A stretch of 63,813 nt of DNA, filler included, from Choristocarpus tenellus KU-1152 (lineage: Eukaryota > Protista > Phaeophyceae), in NCBI GenBank assembly GCA_964200185.2. It is 10 parts of 10 records of this genome, joined end to end, with 100 filler letters (N's around TTAATTAATTAA, not from the genome) between each part and the next. Parts side by side here need not be neighbours in the genome. Positions count along the whole stretch, not along the records: positions 61,222 to 63,813 come from CAXNAD020026463.1; 9 more parts are not named here. One strand, written 5' to 3'. Shown piece by piece: positions 61,400 to 63,813 of the stretch. The stretch's first letter is position 1, and each line of letters starts with the position of its first letter. A program made the position numbers and the translations under genes. The notes beneath the pieces are model-generated. The model made no database searches, was not told where the DNA came from, and worked only from the letters and a program-made list of their open reading frames with translations.

Positions 61400-63813
61400 C
61401 CTCAGGTAAGCATCGAGAATATTCATTGGCCAATCGAGAAACATTGAGCATATTCATTGGTCAATCGAGAAAGCGCTGCATTTGGTGGGTGAGGACACAC
61501 GTACATGGCGGTGCCATAGTTCGCGTCTGCCTCTGCCCGCAACATTTCAATCTTGTAGCATGGTACATCTTTATCAATGGTACTGTTGACAAGATCCACT
61601 ACAGCTTGCATTTGCTCTGCCGTCGGTGCCTCCGACCGACCGGTGGACTGTAACAGGACGGTGCACATAGCCACAGGTTGATGAGGGTAGAACAAGGTTA
61701 GCTGGGGAGGGAGAGTGGGGGTGTGACAATGAAAGATGCCGCTAGATAGATCAGTAGTGCATGTTCAAGGCAGGGTATGGTGGTAGGGTGGTAGCGGTAC
61801 AAGTCTTGGAGGTGCAAGATTGAGGTTGGAAAGGGAAAGGGAGAGTAGGTGAAGAATGAATGTCATCAATCTATTATTCGGTTATTTCCATAATCAGGCC
61901 GACGTTTGCTAAAGTATACAGAAGACTGAGCAATGTATTATTGAACAGCCTTTAGTGAGACACCTAGTAAGTGCTGAAGGTAGCGATTGGAAGTCTGCAA
62001 GCTCTTGCGTGTCCAAGGCTGTCCTAGAGGAAATGGGATACGGTGCTTGAATATGAAATGCGGGAAGTCTGCTGATGTGCCCTGTGGTTGCAGGCCCGAC
62101 CCGTTTTTGCACTGCCCTTCTATATTCAGTCTCTGCCCACAAACAAAAAGGACAGGTTGCAGTTGTGAATCGGACCTTATACCAAGGACTCACCACTGTA
62201 ATGCGTGCCTTGTTCCCCTCACTAATCTTCCTTCCTATCGTTGACCTCCCTAAAGGGAACCCAATCACAGCAGCCAATGATCCCTTCACGAGTTCCAGCG
62301 CCGTGAACATGGCAGGAGTCTGTGGGTCGGCAGAGGCCATGGTTGCCTTCCGCCTAAAAAAAAAATGGAGCAAGCTCAAGTGTCTTCTAGCTCGGTAAAA
62401 ACTGGAGCACAAGGCGTTAAGGGTGTCTTTTCCACACTAAATTCTGTTCGTACAAACACGACCAGTCCAAGACTGAACACGAAGGAGAATAGGGAGAGAA
62501 GAGAGAGGGGAGAGATGGTCTAGTGGAAGCTCCGTGGCTAGCTATGTGGCGCCACCAGTAAGAGTGTATGTAGTACAAAAGACACAAAAAAATAGTATGA
62601 TTATGTATACATTTCTTGATACCAAAACACCACATGACGTATCCATCATCATATTCAATATACTTTATTGTTGTGGTGTTGTTAAGCGTGGTGTAACTGT
62701 TGCACTCTAATTGGTTTCACTTCCGTCTATACATGTAGAATGTTGTCCAACAACCATCTATATTACTCCTCTCTCCCGTAAGTCCGTTCAACGTATGGTT
62801 GGTGTGTTATATCCCCACAACCTCGGATAGATATTTTACACAAACAGGTTATCATTCGAAAGCGTCGGATATCCATAATCTCCACCGTATTTACTATTTG
62901 GGATTCGAAATGGAAATTGTTCCGAGGATCATATACTAATTTTGGAATTTCTTGGCAAAGTTCTGTCGTGTTGGTCAGAACCAACACAGGAAGGGTAGGG
63001 TGTATGGTAACAGAACATAGATGGCCGAACCTGGTAGGTCACCGTCGCGACAATACAGACCTCTCTATGGAGGGTCGCTACGCATTGGTTGTGCGATATG
63101 CTCTTGCGTTGCCTCCCTAAAAACTGAAACCTTCTGCCAGACGCGGTATGGCTGAGTTCAAGGTCTCCAAAGGCTATAATCTTAAGGGTACGGAGCAAGG
63201 CTGTGCAGCTGCTTCTCCCCAGCCGCGCACACTCCCTTGACACCAAGAAGAGATCTGGTGTTCGCATAACCTTCACGCCCACCAAGGTCCAGTGAATCGT
63301 AGAAGACAATTCCGAACGTCAACATCTGATCGTTCGGCAGCTCCTCCATCCGCTGTTGCTGTCTCGAACATGAAATTAAATGGCACGAAAGATCGGCGTT
63401 GAAAAAAAAAAGTGCTGACGTCTGCTAGCCCGTCCCTGTCACACCAGGCAGCAAGTCAACAACTCCAGCAGAGTTGGGGAATCCTGCCGCCCTACCCCCT
63501 GCGTTAGATACAGGAAAGGGCGAAGTATTTTTTTGGAGGATTCCAGATCGTCCTATCCACGCCATACAGTGGGTGAGCCATGTCCACCTGAGCAGTTGCC
63601 CTGTGCCCCACCCCTCCATACCCCCAACTGAAACTTGTCACCGCACTGCACCCATCAGGTCTTCCATGTTCAAGCACTCACATTGTAGGACCATCATAGT
63701 GTTCTCTGTGTTTAGCTCCAGGTGTGATGCATGTCACCAGTCCAATGGGCCTGTAGGTGCGGGGGCCTACCTCTCTGGACTGGAGTACCAGCCGTATAGA
63801 GCGATAGTTTGGG
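61400..63813 (-). pseudogene. Decayed gene of unknown family (relic R4), homologous to R1
   Basis: Blocks PGSAIYVLLP, LVWKRHP, SLAAVIGFPL and TVVSPW...AETEYRRAVQKRV are collinear with R1 blocks PGYIYVLVP, FMWKMYP, SIEWYVGLRL and TLVTPC...ADAAFQSAIKRGV. Confidence 0.5.

Noticed and set aside
1-63813. tRNA/rRNA genes, or a functional gene cluster spanning the window
   Set aside because: No structural RNA recognised by eye; genes lie on artificially joined contigs, so clustering is uninformative.

Overview
Eukaryotic draft-assembly window from a photosynthetic stramenopile, probably a brown alga or close relative. This is inferred from intron-rich GT-AG genes, a bipartite plastid presequence and TTAGGG repeats. 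It is not contiguous: ten contigs are joined by nine artificial 100-bp spacers (N44-TTAATTAATTAA-N44), so adjacency across spacers carries no biological meaning. Host genes: an 18-exon, ~971-aa acidic Ala/Val/Glu/Thr/Pro-rich protein with six basic-aromatic MARCKS-effector-like motifs; a plastid DUF179 protein; a C1orf52-like gene head-to-head with NDUFAF5; the 3' part of a BDP1-like SANT gene; a small SH3/KOW-like gene divergent from an R2R3-MYB; and part of an unknown multipass membrane protein. Mobile DNA: two same-family Ty1/copia copies nested in opposite orientation, mariner and piggyBac relics, and ten copies of two related MITE families with 3-bp TSDs. Two observations stand out. (1) The MARCKS-like gene has 17 introns, all phase 0, and every basic motif is split across an exon junction. 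(2) Three or four decayed, intron-containing ORF relics on separate contigs share collinear protein blocks by manual alignment, match no family I recognise, and may belong to an unclassified transposable element. All exon models and alignments were done by eye; no database searches were run.
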